A stretch of DNA of 64,000 bases, taken from NCBI GenBank assembly GCA_038733315.1, contig JAVYPJ010000002.1, positions 192,001 to 256,000 of the forward strand, written 5' to 3'. The position numbers and the translations under genes are program-made. The DNA comes from Candidatus Aenigmatarchaeota archaeon. GTDB taxonomy: Archaea > Aenigmatarchaeota > Aenigmatarchaeia > CG10238-14 > SpSt-28. The notes beneath the pieces were generated by a model, which was not told the DNA's origin, made no database searches, and saw only the letters and a list, made by a program, of their open reading frames with translations. Position 1 is the stretch's first letter, and the number at the start of each line of letters is the position of its first letter. Below, one piece after another: positions 37,861-47,454 of the stretch.

Positions 37861-39074
37861 AGGAATTGCCAGAAATTAATATAGGATTAGTCGGTCATGT
37901 TGCGCATGGAAAAACAATTCTTACAAGATCTCTAACAGGAAAATTAACATTACAACATAGCGAAGAGCTAAAAAGAGGAATAACGTTAAAACTAGGATAT
38001 GCGGATGCTAAATTTTATAAATGTAATGATTGCGAATATTATTTTTCAGACATAAATAATAGCAAAACTTGCCCAAAATGCTTCTCTAAAAATGTAACAT
38101 TTCTTAGAACTGTTAGTTTTATAGATGCTCCAGGGCATGAAACATTAATGAGTTTAGTGTTAACAGCGAGCAGCTTAATGGATGGCGCAATTTTAGTAAT
38201 CGCATCTAACGAAAAATGTCCACAACCACAAACAGAAGAGCATTTAAAGGCTTTAGAAATAGCAGAGATAAAAAATGTTATTATTGCACAAACAAAAATA
38301 GATTTGGTTAGAGATAAGCAAAAAATCTTAGAACATTACAACCAAATAAAAGAATTTATTAAAGACTCTTTAATAAGCAACTCTCCAATAATCCCTGTTT
38401 CTGCTCAATTCAACATAAATATAGAGTATTTAATAGAATGCATAGAAAAATATATTCCAACTCCAATAAGAAACGAAAAAGAAAAGCCGATAATGTACGC
38501 AATAAGAAGCTTTGACACAAATTTACCTGGTACAAAAGTAAAAGATTTAAAAGGTGCTATTTTCGGAGGAAGTGTAATTAAGGGTAAGTTCAAAGAAAAC
38601 GATGAAATAGAAATAAAACCCCCGGCATATCATAATGGAAAATTTATAAGCCTAACATCAAAAATTGTTGAAATAAGAAAAAGCGGGGTAAAAATAGAAG
38701 AGGCTACTCCAGGAGGTTTAATAGGTATACAAACAGATTTAGATCCTAGTGTAGCAAGACTAGATTCGCTAGCTGGAAGAATTATCGCCCTTTTAAATGA
38801 ACTTCCAAAAGAAGTTTTTTCATTATCTTTCGAAATAAATTATTTAAAAAGGTCTGTTTTCATTAAAGAAGAGGAAATAAAAATAAACAATAACGATGTT
38901 ATATTAATAAATGTTGGACCCCAAAGAAGTGTAGGGATAGTTAAAAATATTAAAGAAAATTATTTAGATGTTCAGCTAAAATTTCCAATAGTATTGCAGA
39001 AAAATGATAGAATATTAGTATCTAAGCAAATTAGAGGCAGCTGGAGATTAATAGGTTACGGCAATTATCTCTAA
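37857..39074 (+). CDS. eif2g: Translation initiation factor 2 gamma subunit
   Basis: PEINIGLVGHVAHGKT, HSEELKRGIT, Zn knuckle, DAPGHE, PQPQT.EH, WRLIGYG. Confidence 0.97.
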   Translation: MKELPEINIGLVGHVAHGKTILTRSLTGKLTLQHSEELKRGITLKLGYADAKFYKCNDCEYYFSDINNSKTCPKCFSKNVTFLRTVSFIDAPGHETLMSLVLTASSLMDGAILVIASNEKCPQPQTEEHLKALEIAEIKNVIIAQTKIDLVRDKQKILEHYNQIKEFIKDSLISNSPIIPVSAQFNINIEYLIECIEKYIPTPIRNEKEKPIMYAIRSFDTNLPGTKVKDLKGAIFGGSVIKGKFKENDEIEIKPPAYHNGKFISLTSKIVEIRKSGVKIEEATPGGLIGIQTDLDPSVARLDSLAGRIIALLNELPKEVFSLSFEINYLKRSVFIKEEEIKINNNDVILINVGPQRSVGIVKNIKENYLDVQLKFPIVLQKNDRILVSKQIRGSWRLIGYGNYL

Positions 39075-39119
39075 TTAAGAAAAATTAAAAAATATAAATT
39101 TTAGTTTATAGATATTTAT

Positions 39120-39797
39120 ATGCCAGAGTTGCTTCCGGAATATTTAGGGTATGACAGAACTATAGCAGTATTTAGTCCAGATGGTAGGTTATTCCAAGTA
39201 GAATATGCAAAAGAAGCGGGTAAAAGAGGGCCTACAGCACTTTCATTTAAATACGACAAAGGAATAATATTAGCAGCTTCTAAGTTTGTTGATGAACTCC
39301 AAGTTCCAAGCAGCGTAGAAAAAATATTTAAAATTGATGATCATATAGGGATGATTTCCACTGGCTTACTTTCGGATGCAAGATACTTATCAAAAATAGC
39401 GAGAATAAGAGCCCAATCTTACACTATTACATACGATGAAAAAATTGATGTTTCAGAGTTAGCTAGATACATAGGCGATGAAATGCAACAATTTACAATG
39501 TTCGGCGGATTAAGACCGTTTGGTACGTGGTTAATTATAGGTGGTATTGATTTAACTGGCAAAAAAATTTTTGAAATAGAACCAAGTGGAACTATATTTG
39601 AATGGAACGCAGTAGCAATAGGAAGACAATCAGAAGCTGCAATGAAAATTTTAAGACAAAAATGGAAAGAAGAAATGAGTAGAGAAGATGCTATAAATTT
39701 AGCAAAAGATATTCTAAAAAAATTAGAAAAAGATGCTACAATAGAAATTGCATTTATTGAAAAAGACGTTCCAATCACAAAAATAACTAAAGAATAA
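39120..39797 (+). CDS. psmA: Proteasome alpha subunit
   Basis: YDR...FSPDGRLFQVEYA, RPFG, EPSG. Confidence 0.97.
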   Translation: MPELLPEYLGYDRTIAVFSPDGRLFQVEYAKEAGKRGPTALSFKYDKGIILAASKFVDELQVPSSVEKIFKIDDHIGMISTGLLSDARYLSKIARIRAQSYTITYDEKIDVSELARYIGDEMQQFTMFGGLRPFGTWLIIGGIDLTGKKIFEIEPSGTIFEWNAVAIGRQSEAAMKILRQKWKEEMSREDAINLAKDILKKLEKDATIEIAFIEKDVPITKITKE

Positions 39798-40504
39798 TGG
39801 GCATTTCTATAGAAAAATCAGTAATAGCTTGTTATAAAGTTAAGGGTCAAAAATTTGAAATATTAGTCGATCCGTTTAAAGCTTTCGAATTCAAAAAAAA
39901 TAAAAAATATAAAATAGAGGAAATTCTAGCTGTTAATGATATATTTAAAGATGCTAGAAAAGCAGAAAGGGCTTCAGCAAATGAATTAAAACAAGCATTT
40001 AACACTACTGATATATTTAAAATCGCTGAAGAAATTTTATCTAACGGAGAAATTCAAATACCTACGGAATTAAAAAGAAAACTCATAGAGGAAAAGAAAA
40101 ATCAAATAATAAATCTAATATCTAGAAGATTTATTAATCCCCAAAACAATTTGCCACATCCACCACAAAGAATTGAGTTAGCTATGGAGCAAGCTAAGGT
40201 TAGTATAGATCCATTTGTTGACGCAGAGCTTCAGCTTGAGAATATAGTAAAAGAACTTAAAAAAATAATACCTTTAAGAATAGAATATTTAACCCTAGAA
40301 ATAAAAATCCCGATAAACGTTGGAAGTAAAGCTATAAATGAAATAAAAAGATTAAAACTATCGATTCTTAGCGAAAACTGGACAGAAAACTATTTATATC
40401 TTAAAGTTAAAATTATTAGTATATCAAAAGACGAACTATTAAAAATTTTGTATAAATACTCAAAAGAAGTAGAAATACGCGAAATATCAAAAGAATATGA
40501 GTGA
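39797..40504 (+). CDS. Ribosome maturation factor SBDS/Sdo1
   Basis: FEILVDP, IFKDARKAERA, GEIQIP, PHPPQRIE. Confidence 0.95.
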   Translation: MGISIEKSVIACYKVKGQKFEILVDPFKAFEFKKNKKYKIEEILAVNDIFKDARKAERASANELKQAFNTTDIFKIAEEILSNGEIQIPTELKRKLIEEKKNQIINLISRRFINPQNNLPHPPQRIELAMEQAKVSIDPFVDAELQLENIVKELKKIIPLRIEYLTLEIKIPINVGSKAINEIKRLKLSILSENWTENYLYLKVKIISISKDELLKILYKYSKEVEIREISKEYE

Positions 40505-41156
40505 ATTGTATGGAAATATAGTAGTGCCTGGAGAGGAAATAGAAAAAAGCGAATTTAGCTATAAAGTTAATGATAAGTTTATATCTAAAAAACTTTGTCT
40601 AATTTCAAAAACAGATGAAAAGAGTAAAGCAGTTTCACTATCTTCTACTTATTATCCAGAGACTGATGATAAGATCATTGGAATAATAAGGGAAATTGAA
40701 GCTGGTGGATGGTTAGTAGACATTAATTCTATAAACTATGCATTTTTACCAATTGCAGAGGCTGTAAAAGAATTTATAGATATATATAAAACAGATTTAA
40801 GCAAAATACTTAAAGTAGGTGACATTATATATGCAAAAGTAATAAACGTTATTAACTATAAAATAATTCAGATTTCGATAAAAAACGATGGACTAAAAAA
40901 ATTAAATGGTGGTGGAGTAATTAGTGTAAATCCAGCAAAAGTAGCAAGAATAATAGGAAAGAATATGAGCATGGTAAAATTAATTTCTGAAAAAACAAAC
41001 TCGGAAATAATAGTAGGTAAAAACGGTTATATATGGATAAGGGCTAAAAAAGCTAACGATGTTATAAAAGCTATAAATACTATTAAATTCGTAGAAAAAA
41101 ACTCACATTTTAAAGGTTTGACAGAAATGGTAATAAAATACTTAGAGGAAAAATGA
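40497..41156 (+). CDS. rrp4: Exosome RNA-binding subunit Rrp4
   Basis: VVPGE, S1 domain W.VDINS, KH domain KVARIIGK, VGKNGYIWI. Confidence 0.93.
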   Translation: MSELYGNIVVPGEEIEKSEFSYKVNDKFISKKLCLISKTDEKSKAVSLSSTYYPETDDKIIGIIREIEAGGWLVDINSINYAFLPIAEAVKEFIDIYKTDLSKILKVGDIIYAKVINVINYKIIQISIKNDGLKKLNGGGVISVNPAKVARIIGKNMSMVKLISEKTNSEIIVGKNGYIWIRAKKANDVIKAINTIKFVEKNSHFKGLTEMVIKYLEEK

Positions 41157-41872
41157 AAAAGGAAAATATAAATTTAATAATAGATGGAAAAAGAAGTGAT
41201 GGGAGAAAATTAGATGAAATTAGAGATATAAAAATAGAATTAGGTATAATTCCATTAGCTAATGGAAGCGCAAAGTTTTCTTTTGGAAATACTATAGCTA
41301 TTGCTTCTGTATATGGAGCTAGAGAATTACAACCAAAATTTTTACAAGAGGAAAAAGCAATTACAAGAGTTAGATATAACATGGCAGCATTTAGTACAGA
41401 TACGCGAAAAAACCCTGGAATGGATAGAAGGAGTATTGAAATTTCTAAGGTACTAAAAGATGCCATAGAAAATTCTATATTTCTCGAGGAATATCCAAGA
41501 GCTACAATAGATTGTTATGTTGAAGTTATTTCCAGCGATGGGTCTACAAGAGTAACTTCTTTAAACGCAATAAGTTTATCCTTAGCTATGGCAGGTATAT
41601 CGATGAAAGATTTAATAGTAGCTCTTACAGCTGGAAAAATTGATGGAAAAATAGTGTTAGATTTAAATCAGTTAGAAGATAATAATGGCGATGCTGATAT
41701 TTCTTTTGGATATTTATTCGCGACAGATGAAATTGTTTTATTACAAATGGACGGAAACTTAACAAAAGATGAGTTTTTAAAAGCTTTGAATATGTTAAAA
41801 GAAAAAGCTAAAATTGTTTATGAGAAACAAAGAGATGCAATAAAAAAATACTTCGAAAAAAATGATCAGTGA
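41153..41872 (+). CDS. rrp41: Exosome catalytic subunit Rrp41
   Basis: RSDGRK.DE.R, VYG.RE, Y.MAAFS, RRSIEIS, DGSTR, ED..GDAD. Confidence 0.96.
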   Translation: MKKENINLIIDGKRSDGRKLDEIRDIKIELGIIPLANGSAKFSFGNTIAIASVYGARELQPKFLQEEKAITRVRYNMAAFSTDTRKNPGMDRRSIEISKVLKDAIENSIFLEEYPRATIDCYVEVISSDGSTRVTSLNAISLSLAMAGISMKDLIVALTAGKIDGKIVLDLNQLEDNNGDADISFGYLFATDEIVLLQMDGNLTKDEFLKALNMLKEKAKIVYEKQRDAIKKYFEKNDQ

Positions 41873-42617
41873 AGAAATAATAGAAAGTATATTAAAAGAA
41901 AAGAAAAGATTAGATGGAAGAGAATTCACTGAGTACAGAAAGATTGAAATAGAAAAAAATATAGTTCCGAAAGCAGAGGGAAGTGCTGGAGTAAAAATGG
42001 GAAATACTTATGTAATTGCTGGTGTTAAAATAGAATTAGCACAACCATTTCCAGATAATCCAAATGAAGGAATTCTAATAGTAAATGCAGAATTTCCACC
42101 TATTGCACACTCAACATTTGAGCCTGGGCCGCCAAATGAATATGCAATAGAATTAGCAAGACTTGTAGATAGACTCATAAGAGAGTCTAAAATGATAGAT
42201 TTAGAAAAATTATTCATAGAAGAGGGAAAAGTCTATGGAGTTTTTGTTGATTTACATGTAATTTCTAATGATGGAAACCTTTTAGATGCAAGCGCATTAG
42301 CTAGTATCGCTGCATTATGTAATACCAAAGTTCCCAAATACGAAAATGGTAATTTAAATAGGAATGAATTTGCGTTTAGCTTACCTACTAAATATAAGCC
42401 AATTTACGTAACAATAGGAAAAGTGGAAAATGAATATATTTTAGATTTAACATATGATGAAGAACAAGTTGTTAAAAATCAAATTGCATTTGGAATAAGA
42501 GATGACGATATTATTGTATCTGCGCAAAAACTAAAAGGAACTTTTAAATTTAATGAAATAGAAAAACTGATAGATTTAGCTATAGAAAAATCAAAAGAGT
42601 TGAGAAAATTGATTTGA
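41862..42617 (+). CDS. rrp42: Exosome subunit Rrp42
   Basis: RLDGR.FTEYR, AEGSA, FEPGPP, ELARLVDR, DGNLLDA. Confidence 0.96.
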   Translation: MISEEIIESILKEKKRLDGREFTEYRKIEIEKNIVPKAEGSAGVKMGNTYVIAGVKIELAQPFPDNPNEGILIVNAEFPPIAHSTFEPGPPNEYAIELARLVDRLIRESKMIDLEKLFIEEGKVYGVFVDLHVISNDGNLLDASALASIAALCNTKVPKYENGNLNRNEFAFSLPTKYKPIYVTIGKVENEYILDLTYDEEQVVKNQIAFGIRDDDIIVSAQKLKGTFKFNEIEKLIDLAIEKSKELRKLI

Positions 42618-42709
42618 GTTTATAAATTTTATATACCACTATAAAGTAACTATTAACATAAATGTTTACCACTAAAAGATATATAATTATGATCAGTATA
42701 TATAGTATT

Positions 42710-43588
42710 ATGACCCAAGAATATAAAAAGTATGAAGATGGAATAGTGATAGAAACCTTGGAAGGACTAATAAGAGCTCCAGAAGAGTATGTTTACTTAG
42801 AAAAGATAGTAGGAAGAGATTTTTATAGTAGTCCACAACTTTTTTTAGAGACAGGAAAAATAGAAAGACTAGCAAAAGTACTAGAAGAGGCCAGAGTAGC
42901 TCCTAGTGAAGAAGTTCCTAAATTAATTTCTGTGGTTGCCGAAAAACTGGAGAAGGTTGATGCGCTTATTCCATATCTCTATGAATACGAAGATTGGTAT
43001 CCATTGTCAAAAAGAACCATATTATCTGATCGTAAAGAGTATAAAATACTATACCTTATGTCGATAGGAGACCCTTATCCAGTAGTGGATACCTACACAA
43101 CAATCTTAGAGAAAACACGGGAAACATTAGTAAAAGATGGATGTGTAAGAATAGAGAGAGTCGAGGAATATCCGCACGGAGAGGGAAATATTAACCTTCC
43201 TGTATACATTCTAGATCGTGTAGAAAAAGAAGTTATAAAATATAAATCTTTTTCATTCGGCATCAAAAGAGAAAAAGGGGAGAATAAAGAGGATTTAATC
43301 AGCGCGACTAAGTTAATCAAAAATCTTAAAAAAGTGCTAACCTCTGAAGAATTTACTCTTGAAGAAAAAGGAGTAATTATTAGAAGCTTCATAATGATGG
43401 GTATAGTAGAACCTAAAGCTTTATATCCCAAGTATCATCCAACAAACCCTCTATACGCCAAGGAATTCGCCAAGAAGTACGGGGATGGTGCCCTCTGGTT
43501 TGTAGTAAACCCAAGAAGAATAGGATTCACTATCGCATTCGGCGAAAAAGAAGAAAGAGAACTACTATATAGATATTTAAGAGAATAA
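42710..43588 (+). CDS. Hypothetical protein (start probably MTQE at 42710)
   Basis: Long ORF with no recognised motif; codon usage looks less AT-biased; followed by a T-tract. Confidence 0.7.
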   Translation: MTQEYKKYEDGIVIETLEGLIRAPEEYVYLEKIVGRDFYSSPQLFLETGKIERLAKVLEEARVAPSEEVPKLISVVAEKLEKVDALIPYLYEYEDWYPLSKRTILSDRKEYKILYLMSIGDPYPVVDTYTTILEKTRETLVKDGCVRIERVEEYPHGEGNINLPVYILDRVEKEVIKYKSFSFGIKREKGENKEDLISATKLIKNLKKVLTSEEFTLEEKGVIIRSFIMMGIVEPKALYPKYHPTNPLYAKEFAKKYGDGALWFVVNPRRIGFTIAFGEKEERELLYRYLRE

Positions 43589-43592
43589 AAAC

Positions 43593-43615
43593 TTTTTTTC
43601 TTTTTTTATTTTTTT
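43593..43615 (+). terminator. Oligo-T archaeal terminator candidate
   Basis: TTTTTTTCTTTTTTTATTTTTTT just after the stop at 43588. Confidence 0.6.
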
Positions 43616-43663
43616 AGAACTAAAAATTTATAAATTTTTTTATTTTATTCTAAAATATAAATC

Positions 43664-45028
43664 ATGGAAATAAAAGAAATTTCTGAAATTGAAGCTAGAG
43701 AATTTGAAAGAATAGCTGCACATAGTCATATAAAAGGTTTAGGACTAAAAGGTTTAAAAGCTGAATTTATTGCTGATGGTTTTGTTGGGCAAGTAGAAGC
43801 AAGAGAAGCAGCTGGTATAATAGTAAGATTAATAAAAGAGGGGAAGTTTGCTGGTAAGGGGATTCTAATTGCTGGCCCTCCAGGAAGCGGTAAAACTGCA
43901 CTAGCAATAGGAATTGCAAAAGAGTTAGGTAATGACGTTCCATTTGTTCATTTAGCTGCTAGCGAAATCTACAGTGCAGAAGTTAAAAAAACAGAATTCT
44001 TAACACAAACATTAAGAAAATCTATTGGAGTAAGAATTAGGGAAATAAGAAAAGTTTATGAAGGGGAAGTTGTTGAGTTAGATATAAAACACAAACAACA
44101 TCCATATAATCCATACTATCAAATACCACATTCCGCTATAATAAAACTAGAAACTTCAGAAGACTCTAAGAAATTAAATGTAGATCAAACATTTGCAATG
44201 CAATTGGTTCAGCAAGGAATTGAAATTGGAGATATTATAGCTATAGACGTTGATGGTGGAAAAATTGTAAAGTATGGAAAAAGTGAGAGAACTGTCAAAA
44301 AAACAGAAGAAGAAATAACAACAGAAAAACCTATTCCACTGCCAAAAGGAAGGGTTTTTAAAGAAAAAGAATTTGTATATGTAGTAACTTTACATCAGTT
44401 AGATGTTGCAAGAGCAAGATCTTCTATAGATATAGCTACTATATTTTTTGGTGGAGAAAGAAAAGAAATAGATAGCGAAATAAGAAAAGAGGTTGATGAA
44501 ATAGTTAAAGAATTAATAAAAGAAGGAAAAGCAGAATTAATTCCTGGAGTAGTATTCATAGATGAATGTAGTTTATTAGATATAGAAACTTTTGCCTTTT
44601 TGAATAGAGCAATGGAACAAGAATTAAGTCCAATCTTCATCTTTGCAACAAATAGAGGTGTTGCTCAGATTAGAGGTACAGATTATAAATCTCCGCATGC
44701 TATGCCAATAGATTTATTAGATAGATTATTAATAATAAATACAAGACCATATAACGAAAAAGAGATTAGAGAAATTTTAAAAATTAAAGCTAAAAACGAT
44801 AAAATCGAACTAGATAATGAAGCATTAGAATATCTAACTCAATTAGGTGTAAAAAATAGTTTAAGATATGCTATGCAGCTATTGCATCCAGCTAACATAA
44901 TTGCTAAGGAAGAGAAATCTAATAAAATAACTAAATCTCATATAGAGAAAGTTGAAAGTTTGTTTGCTGATGTAAAAAAGAGTGTTGAATACGTAAAAGA
45001 GTTTGAAAAACAATTCCTAGAATTTTAA
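43664..45028 (+). CDS. TIP49/RuvB-like AAA+ ATPase
   Basis: RIAAHSHIKGLGL, GQVEAREAAG, GPPGSGKTALA, PGVVFIDE, ATNRG, DLLDRLLI, SLRYA. Confidence 0.96.
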   Translation: MEIKEISEIEAREFERIAAHSHIKGLGLKGLKAEFIADGFVGQVEAREAAGIIVRLIKEGKFAGKGILIAGPPGSGKTALAIGIAKELGNDVPFVHLAASEIYSAEVKKTEFLTQTLRKSIGVRIREIRKVYEGEVVELDIKHKQHPYNPYYQIPHSAIIKLETSEDSKKLNVDQTFAMQLVQQGIEIGDIIAIDVDGGKIVKYGKSERTVKKTEEEITTEKPIPLPKGRVFKEKEFVYVVTLHQLDVARARSSIDIATIFFGGERKEIDSEIRKEVDEIVKELIKEGKAELIPGVVFIDECSLLDIETFAFLNRAMEQELSPIFIFATNRGVAQIRGTDYKSPHAMPIDLLDRLLIINTRPYNEKEIREILKIKAKNDKIELDNEALEYLTQLGVKNSLRYAMQLLHPANIIAKEEKSNKITKSHIEKVESLFADVKKSVEYVKEFEKQFLEF

Positions 45029-45066
45029 GCGTTATTTCTCATAAAATTCTTAGAAATTTTTATGGA

Positions 45067-45141
45067 GCCCCCGTAGCTCAGCATGGATAGAGCGCCAGGC
45101 TTCGGACCTGGTGGTCGCGGGTTCAAATCCCGCCGGGGGCT
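45067..45141 (+). tRNA. tRNA-Arg(TCG), no intron, CCA not encoded
   Basis: GCCCCCG/CGGGGGC acceptor, GCTC/GAGC D-stem with A20, CCAGG-CTTCGGA-CCTGG, GGTTCAAATCC. Confidence 0.93.
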
Positions 45142-45220
45142 TGCTAATTCTGCAAAGCCCATATGTAAAATTTATGCAAAAAGCAAAAAACTTCTTAATT
45201 AAAATTTATAAAATTTATTT

Positions 45221-45655
45221 ATGATAAACGTAAATTTGGGCGATATAGAACCTATCGCATATTGTATTGTTATTAAAGAACTTCTTGATTCTAACAGATT
45301 TTTAAAAGGCTTTGGGGATAACATCTTAATGAAGTTTCAAATAAAAGAAATTGAAGAAAACATAAGAAAAATTAGAAGAGAACTCTTAAGCAATATAGAA
45401 AATAAAAAACATTTTACCGGCATAAAAACGTTATTATTGGATTTGTTAGATAGAGTTTTATCTATGAGCGGCAGATATTCTTCAATAAACTACGCATTAA
45501 CTAGTGAGCTTCAGAATAATATTAAAAAAATTATTAAAAATGTTGCAAATTCAGAAAGTTTTGAAGACCTTCAAAAACTTTATGAAGAATTTAACAGAAA
45601 TGTTTTTCTAGTTGTATATAAACTTTTTCAAGAGTCTTTAAGTCTAAGAAAATAG
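45221..45655 (+). CDS. Hypothetical helical protein
   Basis: 144-aa ORF preceded by a TTTATA box about 25 nt upstream. Confidence 0.6.
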   Translation: MINVNLGDIEPIAYCIVIKELLDSNRFLKGFGDNILMKFQIKEIEENIRKIRRELLSNIENKKHFTGIKTLLLDLLDRVLSMSGRYSSINYALTSELQNNIKKIIKNVANSESFEDLQKLYEEFNRNVFLVVYKLFQESLSLRK

Positions 45656-45663
45656 AAAAAGTT

Positions 45664-47454
45664 CTAAATTTCTTTCATAGCTTCTTCCAAAATTTCAGTA
45701 ACTATCCTTTTTCTTAATTCTTGATTAGAATATATTTTTTTCAAATCTTTTTCACTTTTTATACCCATATCTTTAAGAAGATTTTTTAACTCCTCTTTAC
45801 TAAAAGCAAAAAGATTTTTCTCACAAATTATTTCATCTACTTTTTTATACTTCAAATCTTCTAATATTTCTTCTATCGCATTTTTTGAAATTTTCCTATC
45901 TTTAATATATTCAAAAATTTTTTCTATTTCTTGTTTTTTGTTTTTGAAGATTTCGCTATCAAATCCAATTTTTTTAAGCAATAAGAAAACTTGTGATAAA
46001 AAGTTTGGGTTTAAAGTTTTATATTTCTCCAAGAATTCTTTGAAGAAATCTAGTAGCTCAGCTCTAGCTATCTCTTTTATTACATTCCTATCTATATTAT
46101 ACTTTTTAGAAATTTCGTTAACTAAAACATTTAGCGGCAAAATATTTGGCTTTATTTTCTCTATAAAATCTCTAGATAAAGAAATTATTGGTAAATCTGT
46201 TTCTGGATACATTCTTGCACTTCCTGGCAATGGCCTCAAAAAACTAGTAGATAAATCCTTATTAACTTTTCTTGTTTCATTTTCTATTCCAAAGTTAATC
46301 CATCTTTCTAATTTATTTTTTATAAATTCTATTGGAGCTTCATTCTTAGCTGCGAATATTGCTAAAACATCTTTTTCGCCTAATTTATATTCCTTAGCCA
46401 AAAATTCAAAATCTTTCTTTAGTTTATACTTTTCCAAATCCTCTTCGCTATGAATTATTCCAGAATTAAAAGATTTTAAATAATCAGAAATTTCTTTACC
46501 GAAAGTTCTTCCAGAAACTTTTAAATTCATTAAACCACCTAAATTATAAAAAATTAATCCAAAAATTTTATTTCCATTACATAAAAACTTCTTTATTAAC
46601 TCAGAATCGCACTTTTCAAAATAGTTTGTCAAATCTATTATCTCACTAATCTTAACATTTCTTTTTCTCATCTCTTCAACAATTTTCTCTAAATCTATTA
46701 ACCTTTTAACTTCATAATCAACAATCTTTGGAATATCTTCTAGTTTTTGTACACCTTTTAATTCCATCCTAGCAGAATTTATAGAAATGTTAACATCCTG
46801 CCTTATGCTTCCTATTCCCCTTTTAACCTTTTTTATACTCTTCACAAGCCATCCAATATTAAAAGCTACTTCTTCTATTTCTTTATAATTTTCAACCTCG
46901 AATATTGCAGTAGATATCTCAATCAAAGGAATTCCCAATCTATTTAATTTATAATAAATCTTACCGTTTTCCTCTTTATCTATTGCGCAAGCATCTTCCT
47001 CTAAGCAAACCGTTTTTATCTCTATTTTTTTATTTAAAATCTCTAAATAACCATCGAATCCTATTAAAGCTGTTCTTTGAAACCCACTAGTGTTAGAACC
47101 ATCTATAACTGTTTTTCTCATTACTTGAATTTTATCTGGAATTTTACAGTTTAATAGCAAAGCTACTTGAAGAGATAGTTTTAATGCATCTTCATTTATT
47201 AATCTAGGCGGTTCTTCATCAAGCTCCACTAAGCAGCTCTCGTTTTCAAAATATTCATAATAATACTCTCTTTCTCTTAAGTATTCATATTGTGCTGCTA
47301 CATCAACTAAACCTAATTCACCAACTATAGGATGTAGCTTCCTTTTAACAATCTTGCTTGGTTTTTCTTCAGTCATTGTAGTTTTGCATTTACAAAATAG
47401 TTTTTCTTCAGTATCTAATTGAATATGAATTTCTAATCCAGCTTTAATCTTCAT
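45664..47454 (-). CDS. gatE: Glu-tRNA(Gln) amidotransferase subunit E
   Basis: GLEIHIQL, KLFC.C, CLVELDEEPP, MRK.VIDGSNTSGFQRT, RQDVNISI, RPLPGSARMYPETD. Confidence 0.97.
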   Translation of the reverse strand: MKIKAGLEIHIQLDTEEKLFCKCKTTMTEEKPSKIVKRKLHPIVGELGLVDVAAQYEYLREREYYYEYFENESCLVELDEEPPRLINEDALKLSLQVALLLNCKIPDKIQVMRKTVIDGSNTSGFQRTALIGFDGYLEILNKKIEIKTVCLEEDACAIDKEENGKIYYKLNRLGIPLIEISTAIFEVENYKEIEEVAFNIGWLVKSIKKVKRGIGSIRQDVNISINSARMELKGVQKLEDIPKIVDYEVKRLIDLEKIVEEMRKRNVKISEIIDLTNYFEKCDSELIKKFLCNGNKIFGLIFYNLGGLMNLKVSGRTFGKEISDYLKSFNSGIIHSEEDLEKYKLKKDFEFLAKEYKLGEKDVLAIFAAKNEAPIEFIKNKLERWINFGIENETRKVNKDLSTSFLRPLPGSARMYPETDLPIISLSRDFIEKIKPNILPLNVLVNEISKKYNIDRNVIKEIARAELLDFFKEFLEKYKTLNPNFLSQVFLLLKKIGFDSEIFKNKKQEIEKIFEYIKDRKISKNAIEEILEDLKYKKVDEIICEKNLFAFSKEELKNLLKDMGIKSEKDLKKIYSNQELRKRIVTEILEEAMKEI

